Part shown: positions 6,998 to 16,964 of the stretch, piece by piece
Layout: the number at the start of each line of letters is the position of its first letter
Position numbering within the stretch: position 1 is the first letter of the stretch
DNA from: Anaerolineae bacterium
GTDB lineage: Bacteria > Chloroflexota > Anaerolineae > Aggregatilineales > JAFGMM01
Assembly: GCA_034435135.1 (NCBI GenBank)
Contig: DAOTXU010000333.1
Location: 1-29,511 of the forward strand
Direction of reading: 5' to 3'
DNA length: 29,511 bases
Program-made: the position numbers and the translations under genes
The notes under the pieces: model-generated
The model's input: the letters and a program-made list of their open reading frames with translations, nothing else
The model's database searches: none
What the model was told of the DNA's origin: nothing

Positions 6998-8164
6998 TCA
7001 ATCGCTGCATAGCGCCAGGGCCATAATCAGTCTTGCCAGCAGGGCGGTGCGCGGCACGATGCTGGACTGAAGAATATACTCATCAGGGCTATGATCTAAC
7101 CCCCCGACTGGTCCAAGACCATCCAGAACAGGGACGCCCTCATCGGCAGCGAAAGCGGCGTCTCCAGCCCCACCCGTGCTGGCTCCTTGCACATCGAAGC
7201 CAAGCTCATTCGCCAGCTGGCGAGCCAGCGACTCCAGCCGCGCCACGTCGGCGGTGCGCGGCATCGGCGGCGAGGTTTCGATGTAGCTGACCGTAAATTG
7301 GACGCCTGACACCGGTTCGCGCTCAAACAGGCTCAGGATGGCGGCAGTCACGCGGTCAAGGTCAGCGCGGCTGAACGCGCGCATCTCAAAGTTGACCCGC
7401 GCATGATCGGGGACGATGTTTCGCAAACGTCCGCCTTCGATGAATCCGACGTTGACGGTGATCCCGTTCGCGCGGTCATTGAGCGCCTCTAGCGCGATCA
7501 CTTGATGAGCCAGAGCCAGAATCGCGTTGCGGCCTTTCTCCGGCTCGACGCCGGCGTGCGCCGCACGACCGCGCGCCTCCGCCCAGAATGAACGGATTCC
7601 TTTGCGCGCGGTCACAAGGTCGCCGTTTTCGCGCGCCGCCTCTAAAGTCAAAACCGCATCGACCGCGCGACTCGCGCGGCGAATGAGGGGGACGGCGTGC
7701 CGGTCATCGATTTCTTCGTCCGAAACAACCAGGAACACCATCTGCTCGTATGCATCAAAACCCATCGCGTCCAGCGCCTCAACCGCGTAAATGCCCGCGA
7801 GCAAGCCGGCCTTCATATCGCACGTGCCGGGGCCGAGTATCTTGTCCTCCTGCGCCGTCATCGGCCTGGCGGCAGCGGTTCCATGCGGAAAAACCGTGTC
7901 GCTGTGGCCCAACAGCATCACCCGCCCGGCCCCTTTCCCCTGTCGCACGGCAAGCAGGTCATCTCCGTACTTCTCGTGTGGGTAGCGTTCCACGGTGAAG
8001 CCGATGGAGCGCAGGCGGTCGTCCAGCCAGTCCACGACGCGGTTCACGTCGTCCCGATCAAAGGAATACGAATCCATGCTGACCAGGGTCGATAGCTCCG
8101 CCAGATAGTCATCCAGCCGGCGTTCCAGATACGCGACAATCCGGGTGGTGGCATCCGGTTGCAT
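6998..8164 (-). CDS. M20-family metallopeptidase / deacylase (CPG2 / ArgE / DapE-like).
   Basis: 388 aa. Motifs HSDTV, GPGTCDMKAGL and VSDEEID (metal-binding and catalytic Glu) are typical of peptidase M20. Confidence 0.8.
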   Translation of the reverse strand: MQPDATTRIVAYLERRLDDYLAELSTLVSMDSYSFDRDDVNRVVDWLDDRLRSIGFTVERYPHEKYGDDLLAVRQGKGAGRVMLLGHSDTVFPHGTAAARPMTAQEDKILGPGTCDMKAGLLAGIYAVEALDAMGFDAYEQMVFLVVSDEEIDDRHAVPLIRRASRAVDAVLTLEAARENGDLVTARKGIRSFWAEARGRAAHAGVEPEKGRNAILALAHQVIALEALNDRANGITVNVGFIEGGRLRNIVPDHARVNFEMRAFSRADLDRVTAAILSLFEREPVSGVQFTVSYIETSPPMPRTADVARLESLARQLANELGFDVQGASTGGAGDAAFAADEGVPVLDGLGPVGGLDHSPDEYILQSSIVPRTALLARLIMALALCSD

Positions 8165-8171
8165 GGTCAGA

Positions 8172-9374
8172 TTACTTCGCCTGTTGGTATGTGGCGTCGA
8201 GGGCTTGGCGCAGGTCGGCGATCAGGTCATCGGCGTCTTCAATACCCACCGAGTAGCGGATCAGCGTCTCCGGGATGCCCATCGCCGCGCGTTCCTCGCG
8301 CGTGCATTCGACGTGGCTGGTCGTCGCCGGCGGCCCGGCGACTGTCTCCACCGCGCCGAGGTTCGCCGCGCGGTGCGCATAGCGCAGGCGCGGCAGGAAC
8401 GCGCGCACGGCGTCGAAGTCACCCTGAAGCGTGAAGCTCATCACGCCGCCGAAGCCGCGCATTTGCTTCCTGGCAATCGCGTGACCTTCGTTCGACTCCA
8501 GGCCGGGATAAAAAACCGTTCTTACAAAGGGGTGCGACTCCAAAAAGCGCGCGATCCGCAGTGCATTCTCGTTTTGCTGGCGGATGCGCAGGTGCAGCGT
8601 TTTCATACCGCGTAGCAGCAGGTAGGCGGACATCGGATCGAGCGTCGCACCGGTGATCTCACGGAAGTGAAAGATGCGCTCGACCAGCGCCTTCGCACCA
8701 CACACTGCGCCACCCAGTGCATCGGCGTGGCCGCCGAGGAATTTCGTCGCGCTGTGCAGCGCCAGGTCCGCCCCCAAATCAAGCGGATTGCTGTTGATCG
8801 GCGTCGCAAAAGTGTTGTCCACCACCACCGTCGCGCCTACCGCGTGCCCGGCGGCGGTCAGCCGCGCCAGGTCCACGACCTTGAGCGTCGGGTTGGTCGG
8901 GCTTTCCAGATACAGGACCTTGCAACCCTTGCGCACTTCCGCCTCAATCGCCTCGTGGTCGGTGGTGTCACACAGCACAACCTCGATGTGCAGGCGCGGC
9001 AAGAACTCAACGAAGATTTTGTTGGTCCCGCCGTAGGTGTCCTTCACGGATACGATACGATCCCCCGGCGCAAGCAGCGTAAACAGCGTGTTGCTGATCG
9101 CCGCCATCCCGGTTGAAAAGCTCGTCGCCGCCGCCGCGCCCTCAAGCTGGCGCAGCTTTTCCTCAAAAACGGCGACGGTGGGGTTGGTGTTGCGCCCGTA
9201 GATGTGCCCCGCCTCGCGCCCCAACGCCACGTCGAGCCATTCGTCTACGTCGGGATAGCCAAACGAGACGCTGTGCACAACAGGAACTTGAGTCGCGCGC
9301 TGCCAGAAGTCCTTAGTTTCTTCGCCGCCCCATACGGCGATGGTATCGCGTGAACGGGATGGGTGATCGGTCAA
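8172..9374 (-). CDS. PLP-dependent Cys/Met-metabolism enzyme (cystathionine gamma-synthase/lyase or methionine gamma-lyase family).
   Basis: The C-terminal ~400 aa of the 578-aa track ORF (DTIAVWGGEE...TNPTLK...HSATKFLGGHAD) matches the trans-sulfuration PLP fold. The N-terminal ~175 aa of the track ORF is Ala/Arg-rich and overlaps the upstream amidohydrolase gene, so I treat it as over-extension. I propose the in-frame TTG at 9374; the start is uncertain. Confidence 0.7.
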   Translation of the reverse strand: MTDHPSRSRDTIAVWGGEETKDFWQRATQVPVVHSVSFGYPDVDEWLDVALGREAGHIYGRNTNPTVAVFEEKLRQLEGAAAATSFSTGMAAISNTLFTLLAPGDRIVSVKDTYGGTNKIFVEFLPRLHIEVVLCDTTDHEAIEAEVRKGCKVLYLESPTNPTLKVVDLARLTAAGHAVGATVVVDNTFATPINSNPLDLGADLALHSATKFLGGHADALGGAVCGAKALVERIFHFREITGATLDPMSAYLLLRGMKTLHLRIRQQNENALRIARFLESHPFVRTVFYPGLESNEGHAIARKQMRGFGGVMSFTLQGDFDAVRAFLPRLRYAHRAANLGAVETVAGPPATTSHVECTREERAAMGIPETLIRYSVGIEDADDLIADLRQALDATYQQAK

Positions 9375-9397
9375 GCTGTGATTGCTCCAGACATCAC

Positions 9398-10537
9398 TCA
9401 GGACAATTGGTAGACGGTTCGCGCATTCTGGTTGAGAATCATCTCGCCGGCGCGATACGCCTCCTGCTCCGTGAGCGCGCCGGCTTCCACCATCTCGCCC
9501 AGGACCTGCGCCAACGCTGAACGCCCCCAGCGATTTGCAAGCCAGTAAATTTCTGGGATGCTGAAGCCGTCGGAGGAGTACAGAATCTTGTTCAAAGGCG
9601 TCAGCGCGAGCGCTTCGTGAACCACCATCGGGATCAGCGTCGTCACAAACGGGACCGCCAGCGAGATGTCCATGTACACATTCGGGTACATCGCCGCCAG
9701 GTAACCGAGGTCGCGCACGTAGGGATACGCCGCGTGCAACAGCACGAACGACACGTGCTGATACTTGCCGCTTTGCAGCAGCGGGCGCAGGTGCAGCGGG
9801 TTCGCCGTGCGCAGGTCCACGTCCGTGTCGCCGAAGCCGGTATGAAACTGCACCGGCATCTCCAGCCGCTCGGCAATCTCCAGCGCAGTCAGCACGAGAA
9901 AATCGCACAGCGGCTTGGACTCCAGGCGAATATGGCCCTGACGGTCAGCCAGGTCCTTGACCTCGCCGAACGTGCGGGCGGCCTCCTCGCGCGTTGCCCA
10001 GGCGATGTCCAGCCCGGTCCTGTAAGCGATGATGCTCTTCAGGCCGACGTGCCCGGACTCGCGTGCGCCTTCAACCCCCGCGACAAACGCATCGAGAAAC
10101 TGCGTGAAGGTATGCTGTCGCAGGATGAGTTCCTGCGCAAACGTCTCCAGCCGCAAGACCATCTCAACCCGCGGGCGGAGCATGGCGCGCAGTGCTTCGG
10201 GCGTGTAGTTCTCCGCCGACCGGAAGCCATAGTCGAGCAGCAGCGCCTCGCAGTTCTGGTCGCGCCACATGCCGTTCGCCAGTTCGCTCAGCGGGCGCGC
10301 GTTGCGCGCGGCGAGCACCGCCTCCGGCGTCGGCGCGCAGCCCAGGTAGCCGGCCAGTTCGCGGATGCCCCACTGCCACATCAGGGTATGTGGGACATCC
10401 CGCGACTTGACGACCGGGTCAGGGCTTTCGGTGAAGAAGCCCTGAAAGCGCTCAAGGCTCAGCGGCTCCGAGGCATTCAGCAGCGGGTGGGCGTGATGGT
10501 CGATGATCGGTACGCCCGACAGGTCAATTCTGGTCAC
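9398..10537 (-). CDS. Amidohydrolase_2-family metal-dependent hydrolase/decarboxylase (TIM barrel, ACMSD-like).
   Basis: 379 aa. N-terminus PIIDHHAHPLL (HxH metal site), with later His/Asp residues consistent with PF04909. Confidence 0.7.
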   Translation of the reverse strand: MTRIDLSGVPIIDHHAHPLLNASEPLSLERFQGFFTESPDPVVKSRDVPHTLMWQWGIRELAGYLGCAPTPEAVLAARNARPLSELANGMWRDQNCEALLLDYGFRSAENYTPEALRAMLRPRVEMVLRLETFAQELILRQHTFTQFLDAFVAGVEGARESGHVGLKSIIAYRTGLDIAWATREEAARTFGEVKDLADRQGHIRLESKPLCDFLVLTALEIAERLEMPVQFHTGFGDTDVDLRTANPLHLRPLLQSGKYQHVSFVLLHAAYPYVRDLGYLAAMYPNVYMDISLAVPFVTTLIPMVVHEALALTPLNKILYSSDGFSIPEIYWLANRWGRSALAQVLGEMVEAGALTEQEAYRAGEMILNQNARTVYQLS

Positions 10538-10539
10538 GG

Positions 10540-11919
10540 CTAGAACTTCCAGAAATGATGATAGGTCTCGTAGGCGTCGTCGTGCTCGCTGAATGTCTCA
10601 TATTCCAGCCGCTTGACCGCGAGGTAGCTCCTGGCAAGCAGCGGGCCGAGCGCGCCGGTCAGCACGGTGTCGCGCTCCAGCGCATCGAGCGCCTCGGCGA
10701 GCGTGGTCGGGTAGCGCTTGATGCCGCGCTTGGCCCGTTCTTCGTCCGTGTAGTTGCCAGGGTCGATCATGGTCGGCTCGCCAGGGTCGAGCTTGCGCCG
10801 CACGCCATCCAGGCCGGCGGCGATCAGCGCGCCATAGGCCAGGTACGGGTTGCATGAGAGATCGGCGGCCTTGAGTTCCGCGTTGGCGGTGGCCTCTTCG
10901 TTGCTCTTGTACCGTGACACCACGCGCACCGCTCCCTCGCGGTTGTCGGGACCCCAGGCGGTGTAGGCGCTGCTCCAGAAGTGCGGCTGCAAACGGTGAT
11001 ACGAGTTGTAGCTGGGGCATGTGATCGCCAGCAGGCCGGGTACGTGCTCAAGCACGCCCGCAATGAAGTGCATTGCCGTGTCCGTCATGGTATACGGCCC
11101 GCTGGGATCGTACATCAGGTTGTGCTTGCCGTCTTTGTCCCACAGGCTGAAGTGGATGTGACCGCCGTTGCCCGCCTGGTCCAGGAATGGCTTGGGCGCG
11201 AGCGACGCATAAAAGCCGTGATTGTACGTCACCCCCCGGATCGTCTCGCGCGTCATGATGTGGTTGTCGGCGGCAGTGAGCGGGTCGGCGTGGCGGATGG
11301 AAAGCTCCTGCTGCCCGTGCCCCAGTTCAGGATAGTACAACTCAACCGGGATGCCCTGCGCTTCCAGCGCCTTCACAATGTCAAGGATGACGCTGTGGGC
11401 GGTCGTCATGCCCACCGTGCTGAAGCACAGGCTTTCGTCAACCGGCTTAAAGCCGCCGTCGGCCATCTTCTGCGCCATTGTCCACTCGAATTCGATAACC
11501 ATTTGCAGCGCAAGACCCCTCTCGGCGGCGGCCTGTACCTGCCGCTTGAGAAAAGTGCGCGGGCAGGCTTCCCAGGGTTGGCCGTCCAGCTGAATCATGT
11601 CCACCGTCATCGCGCCCGTCTGGGCAGCGTATGGCAGGGCGCGGAACGTCGCCGGGTCGGGGATGAGTCGAATCTCACCGACCGGCCCCATCTCTTCAAC
11701 GTAAGCGAGTTGGTCGAGCATGTTCATGGCCTGCATCGCCACTGTCAGGCCGATGCCGTCGGTGATTCGATTGCGCAGGCCGCTCACGTGTGTGACTTTG
11801 CCCCGGATGGTGCCGCCATTGTCCGTATAGAGAAATCGGACCAGGCGCACATCGGCATCCTGGGCTTGCTTGACGACGCGATCAATCAGGTGTTCATCAG
11901 ATGCAGCTTTGGCAGGCAT
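10540..11919 (-). CDS. Glutamine-synthetase-like gamma-glutamyl ligase (GlnA/PuuA-like, GS type I fold).
   Basis: 459 aa. N-terminal beta-grasp (VRLVRFLYTDNGGTIRGK) and C-terminal catalytic domain (GHGQQELSIRHADPL, NGGHIHFSLWD) are typical of the GS catalytic family. Confidence 0.8.
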   Translation of the reverse strand: MPAKAASDEHLIDRVVKQAQDADVRLVRFLYTDNGGTIRGKVTHVSGLRNRITDGIGLTVAMQAMNMLDQLAYVEEMGPVGEIRLIPDPATFRALPYAAQTGAMTVDMIQLDGQPWEACPRTFLKRQVQAAAERGLALQMVIEFEWTMAQKMADGGFKPVDESLCFSTVGMTTAHSVILDIVKALEAQGIPVELYYPELGHGQQELSIRHADPLTAADNHIMTRETIRGVTYNHGFYASLAPKPFLDQAGNGGHIHFSLWDKDGKHNLMYDPSGPYTMTDTAMHFIAGVLEHVPGLLAITCPSYNSYHRLQPHFWSSAYTAWGPDNREGAVRVVSRYKSNEEATANAELKAADLSCNPYLAYGALIAAGLDGVRRKLDPGEPTMIDPGNYTDEERAKRGIKRYPTTLAEALDALERDTVLTGALGPLLARSYLAVKRLEYETFSEHDDAYETYHHFWKF

Positions 11920-11991
11920 AGTATTGGCTTACTCCAAAATGCTGAAATGAAACAGGCAGGATTATGGAATGCCTTACCACAAGGGCAGATT

Positions 11992-12015
11992 GGGGTTCGG
12001 ACCCTACCGAACCCC
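11992..12015 (-). terminator. Candidate terminator hairpin after the Liv SBP gene (9-bp perfect stem ggggttcgg / ccgaacccc, 6-nt loop).
   Basis: The inverted repeat is seen directly, 27 nt downstream of the SBP stop. It lacks a clear U-tract. A putative -10 (CATAAT, plus-strand attatg 11961-11966) for the GS-like gene follows. Confidence 0.45.
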
Positions 12016-12041
12016 AACTTCCTAAACGCACGTCGTCTGGC

Positions 12042-13235
12042 CTACTCTGCCTCCTCCAGCTCCGCTGGCGGCACGGACTCCGGCACGAATTCCCCCGCCA
12101 GCGTGAACTTCAGATCCTCCACCGCAATCACGGTCACGGCCTTTTGCGGCACGCGCGACTCTTCGCTGAAGGTAATCAGGCCGGTGACGGCGGGAAAGTC
12201 CTCGGTTTCGAGCAGCGCCGCGCGGATGGCCTCCGCCTCGGTGCTCTCCGCGCGCTCGATGGCGTCGGCGAGCAGCTTCACCGCGTCATAGCCCAGCGCG
12301 GCGAAGGCGTTCTCCGGCGGGTGGCCGTACTCCTCCTCGTAGGCTTCCATGAACGCCTTCACCGCGTCGGTGCCGTTTTCGGCGTCCATCAGCGCATGAG
12401 TGGTGAAGTACACGTTGTCTGCGGCTTCCTGGGCGACTTCGACCAGCAGCGGGGTGTCGGCGCCGTCGCCGCTGACGACCGGGCCGTCAATGCCGGCGTC
12501 GCGCAACTGCCGGACGACCGGACCGATGTCCTGCGGCAGCGCCGAGATGAAGTAGAAATCCGGCTGTTCGCTGAGCGCGGACAGCTTGGTGATCTGCGGT
12601 GTGAAGTCGGTGGTATCAAGCTCGTAGCTATCTTCGAGGACGACTGTGCCGCCCAACTCCTCAAACCGGGCCTTGAAGTAACCGGCGAGCAGCCGCGTGA
12701 ACTCCGCGCCTTCGTTGATGAGCAAGTACGCCTGGTCCCCGAAGTTCTCGTAGCTGTACTCGGCGGAGACAGCGGCCTGCGTGTTGTCGCCGAAGCACGC
12801 CATGAACATCATCTCGCCGATCTGGTCGGGCAGCTTGGGCGAGGTCGCACCCGCTGTGATGAAGGGCAGCCCCGCTTCCTGGAACACCGGGCCGAACGCC
12901 AGCGCCGAGTCCGAGTCGGTGAAGCCGACGGCGGCGACAACGCCGTCTTCCTCAATGAGCTGCCTGGCGATCTGCGCCGTCGTGTCCGGCTCGGTCTGGC
13001 TGTCGCGGACGACCAACACAAGCGGGCGGCCCAGGACGCCGCCGGCCTCGTTGATCTCCTTCGCCGCGAGCATCGCGCCGTTGGAAGCCGGCACGTCCAG
13101 CGACGCCATACCCCCGGTCAGGCCGAAGCCGCCGCCGATCTTTATCGGTTCGCCCTCCTGGGCCTGGATCAACACCGGCGCGCCGACCAGCGCAACGACG
13201 AGCGCAAACAATAGGGTGAGCTTCAGGTGACGCAT
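12042..13235 (-). CDS. Branched-chain/hydrophobic amino-acid ABC transporter substrate-binding protein (LivJ/LivK type, type I periplasmic binding fold).
   Basis: 397 aa. Signal peptide MRHLKLTLLFALVVALVGAPVLIQA, then IKIGGGFGLTGGMASLDVPASNGAMLAAKEINEAGGVLGRPL, which is typical of the Peripla_BP_6 family. Confidence 0.8.
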   Translation of the reverse strand: MRHLKLTLLFALVVALVGAPVLIQAQEGEPIKIGGGFGLTGGMASLDVPASNGAMLAAKEINEAGGVLGRPLVLVVRDSQTEPDTTAQIARQLIEEDGVVAAVGFTDSDSALAFGPVFQEAGLPFITAGATSPKLPDQIGEMMFMACFGDNTQAAVSAEYSYENFGDQAYLLINEGAEFTRLLAGYFKARFEELGGTVVLEDSYELDTTDFTPQITKLSALSEQPDFYFISALPQDIGPVVRQLRDAGIDGPVVSGDGADTPLLVEVAQEAADNVYFTTHALMDAENGTDAVKAFMEAYEEEYGHPPENAFAALGYDAVKLLADAIERAESTEAEAIRAALLETEDFPAVTGLITFSEESRVPQKAVTVIAVEDLKFTLAGEFVPESVPPAELEEAE

Positions 13236-13307
13236 GTTCTTTTCCTCCTATGGCGATCAATGGGTTTCTCAGCCTCGACTGCAATGCGAGGCCAGCGAAA
13301 CGCAAGC

Positions 13308-14432
13308 TTATTCCTCGACGCCGATTCGTTTCTGGCTGCTGACCTCCTCCTCTTTTTCTCTGAACCTGAACCCCATCACGGAAGCGCCGGCGAGGATGCG
13401 CTGCCCCAGTCTGGCCGGGTGAAATTCGCGGCTGCCCATCAAGCCGGCAGGCCGGAAGATGATGATGAGCAGAAATAGCAGCGCCAATGCTATCCCGCTG
13501 ATGCCGTAAAGCTGATTCGCATCCTCGAACCGCCGCAGCGCCTCCTCCACCACCGTAATCACCGCCGGGCCGGCGACCGAACCCGTGATGGAACCCATGC
13601 CGCCAACGACGAGCATAGTGATCACCCGGAAGGTCAGGTCGAAGTAGAACGCATTCGGCGAAAACGAGGTGATGAAGTGCCCCCATAACGAACCCGCGAT
13701 GCCGGTAAAGAACGCGCTCACGACGAAAGCGAACAGACGCGGGCGCATGATAACGATTCCTACCGATTTCGCCCCGCTGATGTCCTCCCGCTGTGCGAAC
13801 ATCGCCCGCCCATAGGCGGAAAACTTGATGCGCCAGATGGCGTACAGAGTGACGCCTACCCAGGCGTACACCCACCACAGGTCCGTGTACGGGGTCACGT
13901 TGGAGAAGGTGCGCGCACCGCGCGTGAAGTTGTCCGCGTTGATGAGCACGACGCGCACGATCACCAGGAAGCCGAGGGTCGCCACCGCGACGAAGTGGCC
14001 GGAGAGCCGCATCAGCACCGCGCCAACGATAAGCGCCACCAGCGAAACCAGCAACCCGGCGATGATCGTCGCTGCCAGGAAGCCGAACGGGAAAGGCCCA
14101 ACCATCAAGTCCAGATGGACGCCCGCCAGCCATTCGGGCAAGTTCAGGTATGACTCTTTCGTCTCAAGTGGCAGCGTGAGGATGGCGGCGCTATACGCGC
14201 CGAGCGCCATAAAACCGATGTGCCCTAACGAAAAAACCCCGGTGAACCCGCTGGCGAGGTTGAGGCTCACGGTCAGGATGATGAAGATCCCCAGCGTGAC
14301 GACGACGCCCTGCCACAAGCTGCTCCCCGACGCCTGCAATAACACAATTAACAGGATCACGGCGGCAGCCATGACGCCGACCCCGACCTGGGCCGAGTAT
14401 CGAGAGTAGGGCGTGTGCGACTGTTCGTTCAT
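13308..14432 (-). CDS. livM: Branched-chain amino-acid ABC transporter permease, LivM type.
   Basis: 374 aa, multi-TM. The ATG overlaps the livH stop (ATGA). The sequence shows the LivM-family ABC transmembrane type-2 pattern. Confidence 0.75.
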   Translation of the reverse strand: MNEQSHTPYSRYSAQVGVGVMAAAVILLIVLLQASGSSLWQGVVVTLGIFIILTVSLNLASGFTGVFSLGHIGFMALGAYSAAILTLPLETKESYLNLPEWLAGVHLDLMVGPFPFGFLAATIIAGLLVSLVALIVGAVLMRLSGHFVAVATLGFLVIVRVVLINADNFTRGARTFSNVTPYTDLWWVYAWVGVTLYAIWRIKFSAYGRAMFAQREDISGAKSVGIVIMRPRLFAFVVSAFFTGIAGSLWGHFITSFSPNAFYFDLTFRVITMLVVGGMGSITGSVAGPAVITVVEEALRRFEDANQLYGISGIALALLFLLIIIFRPAGLMGSREFHPARLGQRILAGASVMGFRFREKEEEVSSQKRIGVEE

Positions 14433-15409
14433 GGCCCCTCGTCACGATCCAGCGTCCCCAGGATGCCGCCAGGGCGCAGGAGCAACAACAGGATCAGCGC
14501 GACGAAGACGAGCGCATCCCGATACCGGGACAACTCGCTCGGCAGATAGGTCTGGAAAAACGCGACCGCCTCCGGCGACGCCGAAGCCGCCGCGAGCAGG
14601 TCGCCGTAGCCGGGCAACGCGGTCAGGATGACTTCAAGAAAGCCGAGCACATAGCCGCCGATCATCGCCCCGGCGATGCTGCCAAAGCCGCCGATTACCG
14701 CCGCGATAAACGCTTTCAGCACCGGCGTGAAGCCGATGTACGGATTGATTTGCCCCGCCTGCGCCGCGTACAGGAAACCTGCCACGCTGGCGAGCGCCGC
14801 GCCGACGACGAACGCCACGACAATGACACGGTTGGTGTCGATGCCCATCAATTGGGCCGCTTGCAAGTCCTGGGCGGTGGCGCGCATTGAGATTCCGAGC
14901 ACGGTGCGGGAAATGAAAAGCACCAGCACGACGAGCAAGACCGGCCCAGCGACCACGCTGACCAGGTTAATTCTGGAGAGCGACAAATCGCCGATTTTGA
15001 CGACTCCGCGCAGCATATCCGGCGTGGGAAACGCCATCTGAACCGGCTCCTGCGCCACCCGTGAGAACAGCAGCGCGCCGTTCTGGAGCATCTGCCCGAC
15101 TGCAAATGAGGTCAGCAGCGCCGCAACCGCCGGCGCGCGCCGAATCGGGCGGTAGGCTGCGCGCTCCATGAGCACGCCGGCCAGGATGGTTCCCCCCACC
15201 ATCAGGAGCAAGACCACCTCCAGCGGCAGGCCGGCGATCAGCCCAAAGGCGGCGATGTAGGCAGCGAGCATCATCAAGTCACCGTGCGCGAAATTGATGA
15301 GGCGCAGGATGCCAAACACCATCGCCAATCCGACCGCCATCAGCGCGTACTGGCTGCCAATGCTCAGGCCATTGAGCAACTGCTGGACCCAATACATGTT
15401 GAGATTCAC
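14429..15409 (-). CDS. livH: Branched-chain amino-acid ABC transporter permease, LivH type.
   Basis: 326 aa. N-terminus MNLNMYWVQQLLNGLSIGSQYALMAVGLAMVFGILRLINFAHGD is characteristic of LivH. Confidence 0.8.
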   Translation of the reverse strand: MNLNMYWVQQLLNGLSIGSQYALMAVGLAMVFGILRLINFAHGDLMMLAAYIAAFGLIAGLPLEVVLLLMVGGTILAGVLMERAAYRPIRRAPAVAALLTSFAVGQMLQNGALLFSRVAQEPVQMAFPTPDMLRGVVKIGDLSLSRINLVSVVAGPVLLVVLVLFISRTVLGISMRATAQDLQAAQLMGIDTNRVIVVAFVVGAALASVAGFLYAAQAGQINPYIGFTPVLKAFIAAVIGGFGSIAGAMIGGYVLGFLEVILTALPGYGDLLAAASASPEAVAFFQTYLPSELSRYRDALVFVALILLLLLRPGGILGTLDRDEGP

Positions 15410-16116
15410 CCGACGCCTCCCAGGTAAGCCTGCTCGACCTGCGGGTTGGCGCTCAGATCGGCAGCCGAACCCTCCAGAATCACCCGACCCGTCTCAATCA
15501 CGTATCCCCGGTCCGCAATCGCCAGCGCCTGCCGCGCATTTTGCTCGACCAGCAGCAGCGTGCCGCCTTTCTCTTTGAGACCTTTGATGACTTCAAAGAT
15601 CAACTCCACCACCAACGGGGCTAAACCCAGCGACGGTTCGTCAAGCATCAGCAGCTTTGGCCGGCTCATCAAGGCGCGCCCGATCGCCAACATTTGTTGC
15701 TCGCCACCAGAGAGCGTGCCGGCGACCTGGCGGTGACGCTCCTTCAAGCGCGGGAAGAGGGAGTAGACTTCATCAAAGGCGTGCGCGATGGCGGCAGGGT
15801 CCTTCTGATTGACCGCCCCCAACCGCAGATTCTCCTGAACAGTCAACTGCCCGAACAAATGTCGTCCCTCTGGACAGTGCGATATGCCCAACCGGGCGAT
15901 TTCATGCGGTTGCAGCAGATCAAGACGCTGGCCGTCGTAAGATATGCCGCCCTGTTCTGCGCGCAACAGACCCGATATGGCTCGGAGCGTGGTTGATTTC
16001 CCCGCGCCGTTAGAGCCGATCAGCGCCACCAATTCGCCGTTGCCGACCTGCAACGAGACACCTTTTAGCGCGTGTATTTTCCCATAGAAAACGTCAATAT
16101 TCTCAACCTGCAACAT
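15406..16116 (-). CDS. livF: Branched-chain amino-acid ABC transporter ATP-binding protein, LivF type.
   Basis: Walker A GSNGAGKST, LSGGEQQMLAIGRAL and LLLDEP motifs. The track ORF extends to 16212, but the internal ATG at 16116 (MLQVENIDVFYG) gives the canonical LivF N-terminus and leaves a 10-nt gap after the livG stop. Confidence 0.8.
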   Translation of the reverse strand: MLQVENIDVFYGKIHALKGVSLQVGNGELVALIGSNGAGKSTTLRAISGLLRAEQGGISYDGQRLDLLQPHEIARLGISHCPEGRHLFGQLTVQENLRLGAVNQKDPAAIAHAFDEVYSLFPRLKERHRQVAGTLSGGEQQMLAIGRALMSRPKLLMLDEPSLGLAPLVVELIFEVIKGLKEKGGTLLLVEQNARQALAIADRGYVIETGRVILEGSAADLSANPQVEQAYLGGVG

Positions 16117-16126
16117 GGCGTTTTGT

Positions 16127-16912
16127 TTAATGCACCTTACCGAGATACGAGTCGATGACAGCGGGATTCTGGCGGATAGACGCGGGGTCGCCCTCCGCGA
16201 TGATTTCCCCATAGTTCAACACGACAATGCGGTCGCACATGTTCATCACCAGGCGCATATCGTGTTCAACCAGGATGATGCTCACGTCAAACCTGCGGTG
16301 GACGTCAAGAATCATCTCGTGTAACACATCAGTCTCGATGGTGTTCATCCCGGCGGCGGGTTCGTCGAGGAGGAGGACTTGAGGATGGGTCGCCAACGCA
16401 CGCGCGATCTCCAGACGGCGTTGCGCTCCATAAGGCAGGTTCATCGCGAGCTGGTCGGCTACCTGTCTGAGGCCAAACAGCTCCAGATGCACAAGCGCCT
16501 GCTCGGTCAGTTCGCTCTCTTTACGCCGGAACGCCCGTGAGTGGATAAGGACTTCGGGAAACGTGAACCGGACGCGCAACTGCTGCGCCACGCGGACGTT
16601 GTCCAGCACAGAAAGCGTGCCAAACAACCGGATGTTCTGAAAGGTGCGGGCGATGCCCAGCTTGACAATAGCCGGCGTCCGCAGCCTGGTGATGTCATGT
16701 TGGTGGAAAAGAACCCGCCCTTCTTCGGGCGCCATATACCCCGTGAGGCAGTTAAACAACGTGGTCTTGCCGGCCCCGTTGGGGCCAATGACGCCGAGAA
16801 TTTCACCTGGGTAAAGCGCCAGGTGGACGCTCCGCAGCGCCATCAAACCCCGAAAGGATTTGGTTAATCGGGATACCCTCAAGATGGGTTCACCAACCGA
16901 TTCCCTGTTCAT
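16127..16912 (-). CDS. livG: Branched-chain amino-acid ABC transporter ATP-binding protein, LivG type.
   Basis: Walker A GPNGAGKTT, LSYGAQRRLEIARAL, LLLDEPAAGMN. The track ORF continues to 17041 through an AT-rich stretch with atypical codons. I prefer the ATG at 16912 (MNRESVGEPILRVSRLTKSF). Confidence 0.75.
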   Translation of the reverse strand: MNRESVGEPILRVSRLTKSFRGLMALRSVHLALYPGEILGVIGPNGAGKTTLFNCLTGYMAPEEGRVLFHQHDITRLRTPAIVKLGIARTFQNIRLFGTLSVLDNVRVAQQLRVRFTFPEVLIHSRAFRRKESELTEQALVHLELFGLRQVADQLAMNLPYGAQRRLEIARALATHPQVLLLDEPAAGMNTIETDVLHEMILDVHRRFDVSIILVEHDMRLVMNMCDRIVVLNYGEIIAEGDPASIRQNPAVIDSYLGKVH

Positions 16913-16964
16913 AGGGGCAAGATCATCAATTGCATCAAAGACTTTGGAGCTACGAAACGTCGAG

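Noticed and set aside
9375-9908. N-terminal ~175 aa of track ORF 8172..9908 (MRFSRADCAGD…Ala/Arg-rich)
   Set aside because: It overlaps the amidohydrolase gene in another frame and has no homology to the N-terminus of gamma-family PLP enzymes. The PLP fold starts near 9374, so this is ORF over-extension.
10981-13230. Long + strand ORFs (10981..12291, 436 aa; 11964..13214, 416 aa; 12781..13230)
   Set aside because: They are antisense to the GS-like and Liv SBP genes, Arg/Gly/Ala-rich, and interrupted relative to the strong minus-strand homology. They are shadow ORFs.
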